This document shows positions 28,701 to 40,917 of a stretch of 64,000 nucleotides of DNA, piece by piece. This DNA comes from Vicugna vicugna. Its lineage: Eukaryota. The position numbers were made by a program, and so were the translations under genes. The stretch spans positions 9,108,239-9,172,238 of the forward strand of contig MU058636.1 in the NCBI GenBank assembly GCA_013265495.1, read 5' to 3'. The number at the start of each line of letters is the position of its first letter. Position 1 is the first letter of the stretch. Under the pieces are notes generated by a model that saw nothing but the letters and a program-made list of their open reading frames with translations, was not told the origin of the DNA and searched no databases.

Positions 28701-29879
28701 AAAGTTAAAGTTTACATTATTCTAATTATGGCAATATATTGGGGCTTTTTCTTTGGGGGTTCTGCTTATGTATTTTTCCTTTCCTTTTTTTTTTTCTCCA
28801 CAGCTTCTCATTATGTCAAGAAGGTTTTCTTTATCCTCTGTTACTTTTATTCTCTGCTGGTTTCTGTTCTTTTGGCGCCGACTCATAATTTTAGTTCTCT
28901 ACTATCTGCCTAACAAAGTTTACTGTCTTGAAAAAGACAAAGACATTGAGTAGTTTAGATATAACCCAACACTGTTGGTAACTTCCTTTCTGTTGTCTCA
29001 AGTTTTAATTTCAGCATTAAGTTGAAAATATCAGTTATAAGTATTAAGCGTGCAAGCAGCAGTTGTGTTTACCAGCAGATTTTGCTGATCGCTCAACAAA
29101 GTTTCTTGCTTCCACAGTTCTTGCCTTTGACTTCACTTTTTTTCTGCGCTTTTAGCAATTTCGCAGTGTGCATCTATAGGTGAGTAAAGCCTCTTCATCT
29201 TTGATGGCTGAAAATATCTATATTTTGTTCTCACTCTTGAATTATGTTTTCGTTTGGTTTCCATGACTCCAGTGTTGGTTCATAGCCTGTCTCCAAACTT
29301 GAGAGGCCAGCAGAACTGTTCACTTTTTCCTCCACTCACCACTGTGATGTTCTGTTGTTCTGTTACATTTTTAGTTCACAGAGATGCTAATCTTGTTTTG
29401 AGCTTAGTTCTCCTTTTTTTTTTTATCAACTATAACAATGATAAAGGGGAAATCTTCAAAGCTACCAAAAAGAAATGACATATCTTTAATTCTTAATCTC
29501 ATTGCTGTTAATGAAGCCCAGGAGAGAGTGTAAATCAGAAAGTTGTCTTTAACTAACATCAGTGTCTCCACTAGATTTTTTACCTTAAAAAAAAAAAAGA
29601 GAAAGATAAAAAAATCGACTTTGTAGCTTGGTTTCATTTTATGAATGAACAGTAATTCAACCAGTTCCCTTCTGATGGATTTTGGGCTTGTTTCCAGTTG
29701 CGCCCCAGTACAAATGAATTACAATAAACATACTTGTGTGTGAATTTTTGTACACTTGCTAGTATTTCTATATGATAATCCCTACGTATTGAATTGCAGG
29801 GTAAAAAAAATTATCTTTGTTAAAATCTTGTGACAGCCTTTTAATTATGACCCTTTAATTAAGGTTAGTTAGCTGAGTT

Positions 29880-30070
29880 AAGGGCACAGGCTTTATCTAG
29901 GGATAAATCGTGATCCATCATTTCCCTGATGTGTGACTTTGGACAAATCTCTTAATCTCCCTAATTCTTAGTTTCCTCATCTGCGAAAACAGGACTAATA
30001 TAATGCACATTTCATAGGGTGGTTGTGAGGACCAAGTGAAACGCTGAATTCAAAACAATTAGTGTGGTAT
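29880..30070 (+). mobile_element. MIR SINE remnant (similar remnants near 1220, 6150, 25010, 26060, 53530, 58580)
   Basis: MIR core tgtgtgactttggacaaat...agtttcctcatctgcgaaaac...tagggtggttgtgagga. Confidence 0.7.
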
Positions 30071-30134
30071 CTACTCAGTTGCTTAAGACATTGAAATGAG
30101 CTACAATGACCTGCAGATTGTTGAGACCTGGTGC

Positions 30135-30250
30135 TGATTCATGGCGGAGGCCAAGGGCTCTACGGGAAATCTCTGTACCTTCTGCCCAATCTTGCTGTGA
30201 ACTGAGAAGTACTCTAAAAAAATACAGTCTATTAAAAAATAAGAAAGGAA
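30135..30250 (+). mobile_element. Old L1 3' end (L1MC-like) apparently nested in a MER5-like hAT remnant (about 30075-30365)
   Basis: gggaaatctctgtaccttctgcccaat...ctctaaaaaat...A-tail, followed by MER5-like attctgattcagta...gatgattctaatgcac. Confidence 0.55.
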
Positions 30251-33148
30251 AAGAGAAAACACTGGTGTCTAGGGGCACCCACTGGAAATTCTGATTCAGT
30301 AAATTGGAGGTAAAACAGAGCATCTCTATCTTTAACTCTCCTTGGATGATTCTAATGCACTTCCTGGAGGCAAAGGATTTTAAAAGTGAAAGAAAAAGGC
30401 CCCTTGTGTGTGAGTTCCTTGTGGCGGGCTCCCTCGCCCCGTGGACTTCCTCCGGTTTCCAAGGGCAGCCCTACCCAGTCGTTTTTCTGCACAGACAAGC
30501 ACTTACCCCGCCTGCTGCTGAGGACTGTTGTCTTCTGGCTCACCCCCCACAAAAACACATTATTCTTTTGCTCTGACAAACCAGTAATCCTATTTTACAC
30601 GATGTTCACTCAGTCCACAAACCTTAATTGAGCACCTACGGCCAGGCGTTGATGACGCTAAGTGTTGGAAGAATGTCAGTGAGGAAAGGGGGCTGAACTC
30701 CTTCCCTTAGAGGCTCCCAGACGGTGGGGATACAAGCCTGGGGTGACTGCGCGGGGAGTGAGGGCTCTGATGGGGAAGGCAGGGTGCTCCTCAGCTCAAG
30801 TGACTTCTAGACTGCAACCTGAAAGGAGCAGGAGTTAACCCCGTGAGGAGGAGGGAGGGAGTGTTCAAAGCACCGGCAGTGGTACGACAAAGGCTCTGAG
30901 CACCACATTGCAGACTTTCAAGGCACTGGGTTATTGGGTAGAAAGGAGGCCAAAAGGAGGGCAAACTGAGACCAGATTTTGCACGTCTTACGAACCATTT
31001 TAAGAATTCTGTGAGCAAACCTAAGAACACTGAAACACTGCAGGGTTTTCAGCAAATAACCCTGATGGGATTTGCTTTGGGAGATGGCCTCTTGGGTCAA
31101 GAGCCTGGGGGCGGCTAAGTGGCTGTTGGGAGAATTCAGTGTCAGGTGATGGCGGCCGCATCTGCACCTAGGACGGTGGCAATGAGATGGAAATCAGGGG
31201 GTGGGAAGTGGTGCTGGCTCACCGCCTCTGTTTGGGAGTTTACCTTGAGGTGCCCATGACACAGGGCTGTGTAGGCAGCCAGTCATCAAGGTCCAAAGCT
31301 CAGAAGAGAGCTCTGGGTTGGAAATCATCTAGGGAGTTTCCTTGGTCTTACTTTCAGCACCGAACCAAAAGACAGCATACAAGTTTTTTTTTTTTTCCTT
31401 TATTTCATGCAGTTCTAAGCAAACATCTTAGTGAGGGCTACAAAGCTTCCTTGTCTGATGGGCCAGGTACACGTGAGTAAATAAGATTTGGCTCCAGATA
31501 GCAATTACCACTGGCACCTCTTCCTTTCATCTCGTGAGACACCAAAGTAATTGTAAACATCAATCTAGACACCACAGACTCAGCAAAAAAGAAAAAAAAA
31601 AGAAAGTTCACTTTTTCCCTGCGGGGAAGAACTTAAAATATTTTCCCTTTGTCTTCATGGCAGGTGTGCACGTTGCATGGCCCTCTAAGCTTCTTTTTTC
31701 TTTTTCTTGCTTTTTCTATGTGTAAGAAACTGGCGTGATCCTATCTGTGCTGTTGGTAGTGAAAGTATCCCCAACCTTGAAAAGCGTATTAGTATTTAAT
31801 GAACCAAAAGAGACTCTTCTATAGTCAATGCCTTGAGCTGTGCCCTTGACTTAAAAGCGTTAATACCACAAAGGATACAGACAGTAGAGTTTGGCTTCCC
31901 TTAGTAATTTCACACTATTTCACTTGCCAACTTAAAACCTCCCTTGCCCTGCTCACACACGACTTGGATACAACTTACCTTTTCTCTGCAGAGGGAATAA
32001 ACATTTTGCAGTGTCATATGTGGATGGTGGAGTCATGACAAATGGCTGTTTTATGGTATTTTGTGGGTGTAGGCTGTCGGATACGTGGCTTTATTTGAAC
32101 ACTCTCTCCATTCCACAAAGTAACATCAGCCACTGACTCTTTTCTCTATTAAGACTGTGAACTTAACAAGGCGTAGCGTGTATTTAAGATCTGATTACAA
32201 AATAGGGTTTTTTTCTGATTTAAGTTGTAATGTGGATATTTACAAAACTGTTAAACAAAGATCTACAGTTTACTTAACTCTTAGGAGAAACCAATCTCCT
32301 AGACAAAAACAAATAACCATCTTACCAAAGAGAGGTGAGCTAAAAACTTACTCATAAATGATAATAAGTTTCCAGAACAATCAATTCTTCTGGATTTCAC
32401 ACTTTCGGTTGTTGACAGTTCCCATTCATTTACCCTTTTCTCCCTCTCACACAATAAAATGGTCCAGGAACCTCTTGCCAATTATCTTAGGTGATTATCT
32501 ATAAATCAACTCACTGCTTTGTGAGATTTTGCAAGTCATTCATATTACATAAGATTCTGTCCAAATGGTAACAATTATAAATAAATCTCAAGTATTAGAG
32601 ACTATGACAGGGCGTTGAGAAATTGAAATAACAATAGTTATTCTCATAAAGCCACCCTGAAGAGATACAGAAGTGTTAATGCCTTGCCATTTCTTTGTAT
32701 TCATGGCGTAAGAAACTAGGCAGTTAACAAGAATTATTTTTCTTATAAAAACTACTGAACTATTTTTTAATTTCATCATCATTAATCACTTAATACTTTC
32801 ACTGCAAGGACTGCAGTTGGTTAATAGACTAATTTGCCTGTCATCACGAATAGAGGACAGAGAGGGAAAGAAATTACATTGATGACTTAAATCTACTGAT
32901 ATTCAAAAAGCAATTTTAAGGAAATAAACATCTTTTCCAATGCCTTCTATTAGGTGCAGTAGAAAAATTGAGAGAGTTAGGGTTGAACCCCTTTTTCTAT
33001 CCCCCCTCTTTCTTTCTACTGGAGATAAAAAGGTACTACATGATGGCAATATGTTTGCCTTATTCACAGAAATCTTATTATGTATTGCATTGTCACATGT
33101 GCCATGACCTTTCACCTTTCTCTCTCCCCTTCTCTCTCTCTTTCTCTG

Positions 33149-33168
33149 ACACACACACACACACACAC
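33149..33168. repeat. (AC)n microsatellite after a CT-rich tract
   Basis: acacacacacacacacacac. Confidence 0.9.
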
Positions 33169-34384
33169 GCACAAAACACATAAGACAGACACATAATAAA
33201 TGTCCTCCATGTGGTCACTAGTATCATCACTCTTCACTCTTAATGACAACTGGGATAAAAATTTTCAGAATACTACACAGAACCCTTTTTTTTCCTTATA
33301 TGAACTGCACATTAAGCTATAACATGAAAACCCAATCTATAGTTGACAGAATGAGTCTGAACAAACACATGCAGAACAAAGTGTTGTCTCTGTGTAGCCC
33401 ATCTGGTGTTTAGCGGTTGTGCTGACTCACATGGCTTTATTCTGCACCACCTCTAGTGTGTATCTGGGAGGAGCAGGGAGATGGGAAGGTGGGAAGCGTC
33501 ATTATTAAGTAGGAGGCCCCCTTCCTGCATTTCACGGGTCTCCCCCGTAACTCACATCTAATCTGTGCATGACGTGGTTTGCCAGGAATGTGCAGAGACT
33601 CAGATCACTTGCTGGGTGCAGATGGTCAGGCCCCTGTAATCACTATAAGCACCTTTTAAAAGCCATGCAGATGTGCTTGGTATGGCCGTCTGGTCAAAAC
33701 AAGTAGCTTCAGGGTTCCATCTTCACCTTTGCCCCCTACTCAGGTGTGAGAAATGTAAGGAATGTATTGGCTTGTATCTGAGGCCCACCTTGGCCGAGGT
33801 GAATACAATAACACCTTCATCTGTACACGGACACCCGCACGCCTGAGCGCCGTCTGAGCTGAAAGGGCGAGAAGGAGGTAAAAGCATGTTGTAGGCAGAT
33901 TTATTACCCCTTGAACCGAAATATGCAGGCAAAACTTCCAAGGTTGGTTTTGCATCACTCAAGACTTCAGGGAGTTACATGCTTTTTATCACGCTCACCC
34001 TATGAAGAAACAGAGAAAACACAATTTTCTGGTTTTGACGAAGGTAATTTATTGGGGGGGCAGGAAAATCAAGAGTCCTTACTCAACTTGAGCAGTGCAC
34101 AGAAAGGGTTTCCTCTGGTTGGGAGCCATGGTTGTAGGGTTTTGTTTGATCTTTGTGTTTGCTAATTCAATTAGCTGCTCTGACACGTGATAGTCATCTC
34201 TTGCGTGGCCTTGTGTTTGAAGGAACATTGTCCATGTGAGTTGCACGGCCTTTTAGCTTCAGTCCTTTGGAGTCTCCTAAAATCAGACACAGGCAACTGA
34301 AATGACTTCCATCAAGGGGCTATTTGCCTTATTATGTGAATATACTCAATTAATTAATTAATTAATTGTTTTTTACTGTGTCAC

Positions 34385-34805
34385 TTTATTTTTTTTAACA
34401 TTTTTTATTGATTTATAATCATTTTACAATGGAGTGTCAAATTCCAGTGTAGAGCACAATTTTTCAGTCATACATGAACATATATATATTGAGTGTCACA
34501 TTTTTTTCTCTGTGAGCTACCATAAGATCTTGTGTGTAATTCCCTGTGCTTTACAGTATAATCTTGTTTATCTATTCTACATCTTGAAATCCCAGTCTGT
34601 CCCTTCCCACCCCCCGCCCCCTTGGCAACCACTACTTTGTGTTCTATGTCTATGAGTCTATTTCTGTTTTGTATTTATGCTTTGTTTGTTTGTTTGTATG
34701 AGTGGAATGAGTGTCTTTCTCTTTCTGACTTACTTCACCTAGAATGACATTCTCCAGGAGCATCCATGTCACTGCAAATGGCATTATGTTGTTGTTAATG
34801 GTTGC
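34385..34805 (-). mobile_element. LINE-1 3' end, antisense, same subfamily as 22734-23473
   Basis: Poly-T followed by the reverse complement of the same 3' UTR (spurious ORF MSNSSVEHNFSVI seen in both copies). Confidence 0.92.
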
Positions 34806-35771
34806 TTATAACATAAGCTCATGATGGGCAAAATATATACCCTATATACTGTTTCTGTAACTTTCTGTGAGCCTAGAAACATTCCAGAATAAATTTGAGA
34901 TTTTTTTTTAAGTAAGCTCACAAATTATTTCTTGGTTTTCTTCATTAGTCAGCTAACTGCTATCTCTCAGACTCCTGGCGGCTGTCTCGCAAGGTGAACT
35001 GTTGGTCACGAGTGGCATCAGGCAGGGAATGATGGTTAGATCAGTTCATCACCAGCACTGAAGAATAATAATACAAGGTCTCCAAAGCATGTGTCCTACT
35101 TTAATGACCTGAGTTGCATGATTTTCATACATGTTTAAGACACATGTAAACCCTTGGGTAGGAGATGATTTCTCTAGTGGAACATCAGTTGGTAAAGGGC
35201 ACCCCCAAAACTGCAGAGGTAACTATAAATCATGTCCTGGTCTCCCTAAATTCTTCACTACACATAATCATATGTGTTCAGTCTAGTTATGCCAATAGGC
35301 ACTAACTCTCTAGGGGCTATAACAGACCCAAATCCACTGGACTGATGGACTAGAAGATGTCATCATGTAGTCTTCAGAGTGATGGCTCGGTAGAAGACAA
35401 TAAAATGAGCATAAAACTTCAGCCCTAGCGTTTTATTTCATTTTGGTGCTGGTTTTCCTGCTAAACTTTTAGGAAGTGCATTTAGAAGCCATTTATAATC
35501 CCACATACAAGGGACGGAGTAACTCATATGCCTTAGATAAGAATGTTCCATTAGACACTTCACCATAGGTATTTTTGTTTTGCAGCAGAGGCATTTTGAT
35601 CTGAAAACTATAAATCTAGAGCCTAAAGAGACGTCGTCTTGCTGAAAGGAAAAAAAGATGATGATACAGGGAAATTGATAAGATGAAGCTAACGCTTCTT
35701 TGGAATCATGTCCTTAGGGTTTGATGTGACAAATTAAAAGTAACAAATGCTTCCTCTTTCCTTCTTAACAG

Positions 35772-35921
35772 AACCCATCTTCTACTTCGGCGAAGTGCAG
35801 TATTCCGTGGATGAAGGTGCGGGCTATGTGGAAGTGCAGGTGTGGAGAGCGGGCACTGACCTGTCCAAGGCTTCTAGTGTCACCGTGAGATCTCGGAAAA
35901 CAGATCTGCCTTCTGCCGATG
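35772..35921 (+). CDS. FREM2: FREM2 exon 7 (150 nt)
   Basis: ttaacag|AACCC...GATG|gtgagc; [49 protein letters not shown]. Confidence 0.96.
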
Positions 35922-37587
35922 GTGAGCGGTTTCCTACAACAATTCTTTTGATTATTCTACAATTTTCAACTTACCGTGATAAATACCTTAAAGCCAAAAC
36001 ACTTCACTTCTATTCAAACAGTGATTGAATATATTTTTTTCTGAAATTATTACTATATAGAAGGTAAATCTAGGCTCTATTTACCACTGTGAGAGAATAC
36101 ATCTAAGGATCACGAATCGGCAGCTAAGTTATAAACATGTAAGTCAAAGACTCTAAATTCTAATGCCTACATTTGCATGAATTGACTCTCTACACTTGGG
36201 AAATGTAACATCATGGACTATTATGACATCATATGCATAACAAGAGTTATCACTGGCCACCCGCACACAAATCTAGTGACATTGAAGTACCTCTCAGTAC
36301 TATGCCTCTCCAGTTTGGCTCCTTCCTCATTTTAAACAAATGTCCTCACACATGCTTCCGAATCAAATAATTTTTCTACACTTTGTTGTACAATCTATCG
36401 TCTCTGGCATATGCTTGCCTTTTATTTTGGAATCTACAAAGGTAAAAGGTTGATTGTAAAGTTTAGGACAGCATAGGATTAGAAATTTCCCCTTTTTCCC
36501 CCATCTAAATGACCAAAAATACAAACTGTCTCTTTCTCATGTACACACACACAGGTGCACACACACATGAACATCATACGCACATCACACATTCACCACA
36601 CAAAGCAAACAGGGGCCACCCCATCTTAAAAGTCACCCTTAAGTTTAATATCATGTAGTCGGTGTCCAATAAACATTTGTTTAGCCAAATTGGTCATTTC
36701 TTTAGAGAAAATTCAAATCAAAGAAAGAGATGAAAATAAAGGTGAAGAAGCAGAGGAAAAGAAAAATGCAAAAAGAGCCACAATGAGATTCAGAGATTTT
36801 AAAAAGTGAATTAAAGACGTATACTCAAATATGGTTGCATATTCTGAAGTAAATAAATATAAGAGTTGAAAAGCAGAAAATATGAAAACAAAGAAGGAGT
36901 GATATTGAACTCCCCCCCCTACCCCCAGTCTTTATGGATGTATTGCCTACAGATTAAGTTTTGTTTCTTAACTTCTTTAGGCATAAATGGAGCTGTCACC
37001 ACTGGTTTGCACCCCACAGCCTGAAAAAATAATAAGTCAAAAAACCAAATATGTCTTTGAGAACCAAGGATTGCTCAATTTGCCTGGGGCAATGAACATG
37101 TGGGATAAAAGCTTACGTCCGAAATGCATTGCTTTAACCAGGAGGCAATCACACACCTAAATAAGATGTTCTGTAGTAGCTTCTAAAAGTAAATATATTT
37201 AACCAATAACAACAAAACTTAAATATATATATTTCATATATAATTTACGATAATCAAATATTTGATTGGTGTGCTGATGATTTGAGCTCTATTTGTGAAT
37301 TCCAAGATAAAGATGGAGAACCTGGAAGAAAGAAAGCTAAGATAAAAAGCTAAAATAACTCATTAGCCGTAGATAAAACAGTTCAGCATCTGATCTTTGA
37401 TCTACCGTCTCAATAACCAAATGCAGATACTAATCTTTTGCATTTCATTCCACATACTTTTCTGTAGTGATTTGCTCGTCTATATTTTTTTAAAAGAATT
37501 ATAAATATACCTACATAATTTGCTTCTCATAATTTTGTTTAAATTTAATCAGTCCCCAGCTGAAAAGTTCTTCTGTTACTGTCATAG

Positions 37588-37797
37588 CTGGAACAGACTA
37601 CGTGGGAATCAGCCGTAATTTAGATTTTGCACCTGGGGTCAACATGCAGAGCGTTCGTGTTATCATCCTGGATGATCTTGGACAACCAGTGCTGGAAGGA
37701 ATTGAGAAATTTGAACTGGTGCTTCGAATGCCTGTGAATGCCACCCTGGGGGATCCCAGCAAAACCACAGTGTCCATAAATGACTCTGTCTCAGATT
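37588..37797 (+). CDS. FREM2: FREM2 exon 8 (210 nt)
   Basis: gtcatag|CTGGA...GATT|gtgagt; [45 protein letters not shown]... Confidence 0.95.
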
Positions 37798-37889
37798 GTG
37801 AGTGCTTATTAATTTACGGTGATAAGTAAAATGATAAGCTGGAGTTCATATACATGTTAAGTAAAAGGATACACTAGGGTTTATATTTT

Positions 37890-38270
37890 TGTACTAGTTT
37901 GTGGGGACCACCATAACAAGGTACTACAGATTGAAAAGTTTCTGGTCCCCCAGTTCTGGAGGCTAGGAGTCCAAGGTCCAGGTGTCAGCAGGAGTGCGTC
38001 CTTCTAAGGGATGTGAGGGGAGGACCTGTTGCACCTCTCTCTCTCTCGGCTTGTCGATGGCCGTCTTTTCCCTGTGTGTGTCTCCGTGTCCAAATTTCCC
38101 TTTTATAAAAAGGATGCCAGTCATACTGAAGTAGGGCCCACCCTAATGACCTCATTTTTACTTGATTACCTCTGTAAATACCCTATCTTCTTGTAGAGTC
38201 ACATTCTCAGGTACTGGGGGTTAGGACTTCAACTTATGAAATTCAGGGGGACACGGTTCAACCCATAATA
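37890..38270 (-). mobile_element. MaLR solo LTR (MLT1-type)
   Basis: tgtactagttt...cagttctggaggctaggagtccaag...agggcccaccctaatgacctcat...gggggttaggacttcaac...ttcaacccata, typical of MLT1 read antisense. Confidence 0.85.
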
Positions 38271-39027
38271 ATACCTTAGCTAACCATGTCTTCCTTTCTC
38301 ATCCTGATTATTCTGATAGTTACACAGCCTCAGAAGAAAGCTTTTAGTCTTCCTCTCAAATTAAAAAAAAAAGTGAGTTTGTTACCAATATCTGTGTGTA
38401 AAGATATTGAACCACATAAGGCTGCACAAACTCTTAAGTATGTATGATCTTTTCCCACTCTCAACACAAGACACTTTCTGTCCTCTCCTTGCACCCAGAC
38501 ACTCCTGAAATCCCCCTAATGATGTGCCAAAAGCACTGTTCTGAGACAACCAGCTGTTGGGTGCACGGCAAGGCTCTCCGGCTCATCATCACAAGGGAAT
38601 TCTGAGTCACCTTCTACCATGATGATCTTCACATCACTTGACGGAATCTAACCTATTGTCAATGAGACCGATAGTTAATTGACTTAGCATAAGTGTCACC
38701 TATATATTATATATAATATTGCAGTCATTGTCAACTTTTCCAGTGTGGTCTGGATAAACTATGCTTATAATTATGTTCCGAATATTTAGTATTATTCATA
38801 TCAAGAAATTCTGAAAAACTCATGATTAAGCAACATACATAGATACAGACATCTTAAAGTCTCTGGTTTCATCTGCTTTTTAGCATTTCATTGCCTCTCC
38901 CTACTCCACAAAAGAGGCAGAGCAAACTTTCAAAGAAAAGGAAATCAAAACACTGAGTTAAGTGATTTGCTCAAGGCCAAACCACTGGCAAATGGTCAGA
39001 TCCATATGTTTATTTTATTTTTTGCAG

Positions 39028-39225
39028 TGCCTAAGATGCAATTCAAAGAACGAGTATATACTGGCAATGAAAATGATGGCCAGATAGTCGCAATGATCCA
39101 CAGGAGTGGAGATACCCAGTACAGGTCTTCAGTGAGATGCTATACACGACAGGGGTCTGCACAAGTGATGATGGACTTTGAAGAACGCCCGAACACTGAC
39201 ATCTCCTCCATCACTTTCCTACCTG
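39028..39225 (+). CDS. FREM2: FREM2 exon 9 (198 nt)
   Basis: tttgcag|TGCCT...CCTG|gtaagt; [28 protein letters not shown]...[30 protein letters not shown]. Confidence 0.96.
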
Positions 39226-40003
39226 GTAAGTTACAGCTTATAATTTTTATTTGGAATTTGCAGAAGCCACGTTTTGTGTGTGAAATATCTATCAAGAAAA
39301 TACAAGTTCTTGATTTTTACAAGCTTACAAAATGGTTTTATGTGCACTAAATGATAATAAGGTGAGGCAGATTTTAACAGGTTGAATGAATGTCCTTTTG
39401 GTTCCTGTATCAACTTATTGATTAGTTTCTAGTGAAGTGCTATGTTACTCAAAACGTATTTAGCAGGTGACGGCCTATCAAACGTATAGATTTCACAACA
39501 CTGGGACATACTTAATGTTCAATAGGCAGAAATGAAAGGACATAGATACCACATTTTCCATATGTATCCAATGTCTTGAAATACTTGGTCACTTGATACA
39601 ATAATTGTACAAGAACCATGTACTGTAGTCAACATAACAATGACCAACCAGTACAAGGCTGCTAAATTTGCTTCCTGATCATAAGGTTAGAAATGTGTGA
39701 ACAAAATCAGATTTTGCTATTTTTCCCTTGTTTTCTAAGGTGAGTGACAGAACTTAAGGACAGACGTTAAAGAAATTCCCCGTACAAATGGGGGCCTCTC
39801 ATTCCATATGTTCGCACTTTGTCATTCATTCAGCAAATGTTAATGGAAGGCTTATTACGTGCCAGGCACTGTTCTTTGCACTGTTGATACAGCAGGGGCA
39901 GAAGAGCGATGTTCCTGCCCTCGTGGTGCTTGCCACCTGGTTGTAGGTGCATCCTGATGGCCCAGGGGACGTGATCGACCCTCTGTCATTATCACTGTTC
40001 CAG

Positions 40004-40168
40004 GTGAGACTGAAAAGCCTTGTATCCTGGAGCTGATGGACGATGTGCTGTATGAGGAGGTAGAGGAGCTCCGTCTGGTTCTTGGCACCCCGCAGAGCAA
40101 CTCTCCTTTTGGCGCTGCAGTTGGTGAACAAAATGAAACCCTGATAAGGATCCGAGATGAGGCTGATA
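40004..40168 (+). CDS. FREM2: FREM2 exon 10 (165 nt)
   Basis: ttccag|GTGAG...GATA|gtaaga; [54 protein letters not shown]. Confidence 0.95.
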
Positions 40169-40734
40169 GTAAGAAGGCATTCCTTGTGCTCAGCTGTAAT
40201 TTGGGAACTGAAATCCATCGGTGTTAAAAAGTTTTAGGTGGCTCCAAAAATAACCCCCTCTTTCTGACTAGGCTTTTAAAATGATTGAGAAATAGGAAAA
40301 AGACTAAGATAAATGGAGAATGAAACAAACCATTTAAACTGAGAGTTAATGTTGAAGAATACGGTTTATACCTAAATCCCAAACATTCCTACCTCCCCAC
40401 TCTTCCTCACGTACCTTTGGGTGCGGATAGTCCTGGGTCAATAATTTCCTCTGTCCCCTCCCTCTTTCAGTGGCCCGCTCCTGTACAATGTTTGGCACAT
40501 ACAGACAGCCCAGAGCATGTGATTTCCGGGGGCTGGTTAATTCCCAAGGAAGGACCTGGGCCACGCATGCTCACTTTCTCGTAACTCACTCACCAGTAAT
40601 ATTGAGGGGACGGGGGAAGCCAGGAGTATAATATAATTAAGCTCCTCCCATATGGAGGGGGAAAAAAAAAACTAGAAAAGGAGAAAAAGCATTCTCCTCA
40701 CTATTTAATTTATCTGTGTTTCCCACTATTTTAG

Positions 40735-40917
40735 AGACCATAATTAAATTTGGAGAAACCAAATTTAGTGTCAGGGAACCCAAAGAACCAGGACAGTCGG
40801 CGATCATAAGGATTCCAGTGATTCGCCAAGGAGACACTTCGAAGGTTTCCATCGTGAGAGTTCACACCAAGGACGGCTCAGCCACCTCTGGAGAAGATTA
40901 TCACCCTGTGTCGGAAG
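40735..40917 (+). CDS. FREM2: FREM2 exon 11 (183 nt)
   Basis: attttag|AGACC...GAAG|gtatgg; [60 protein letters not shown]. Confidence 0.95.
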
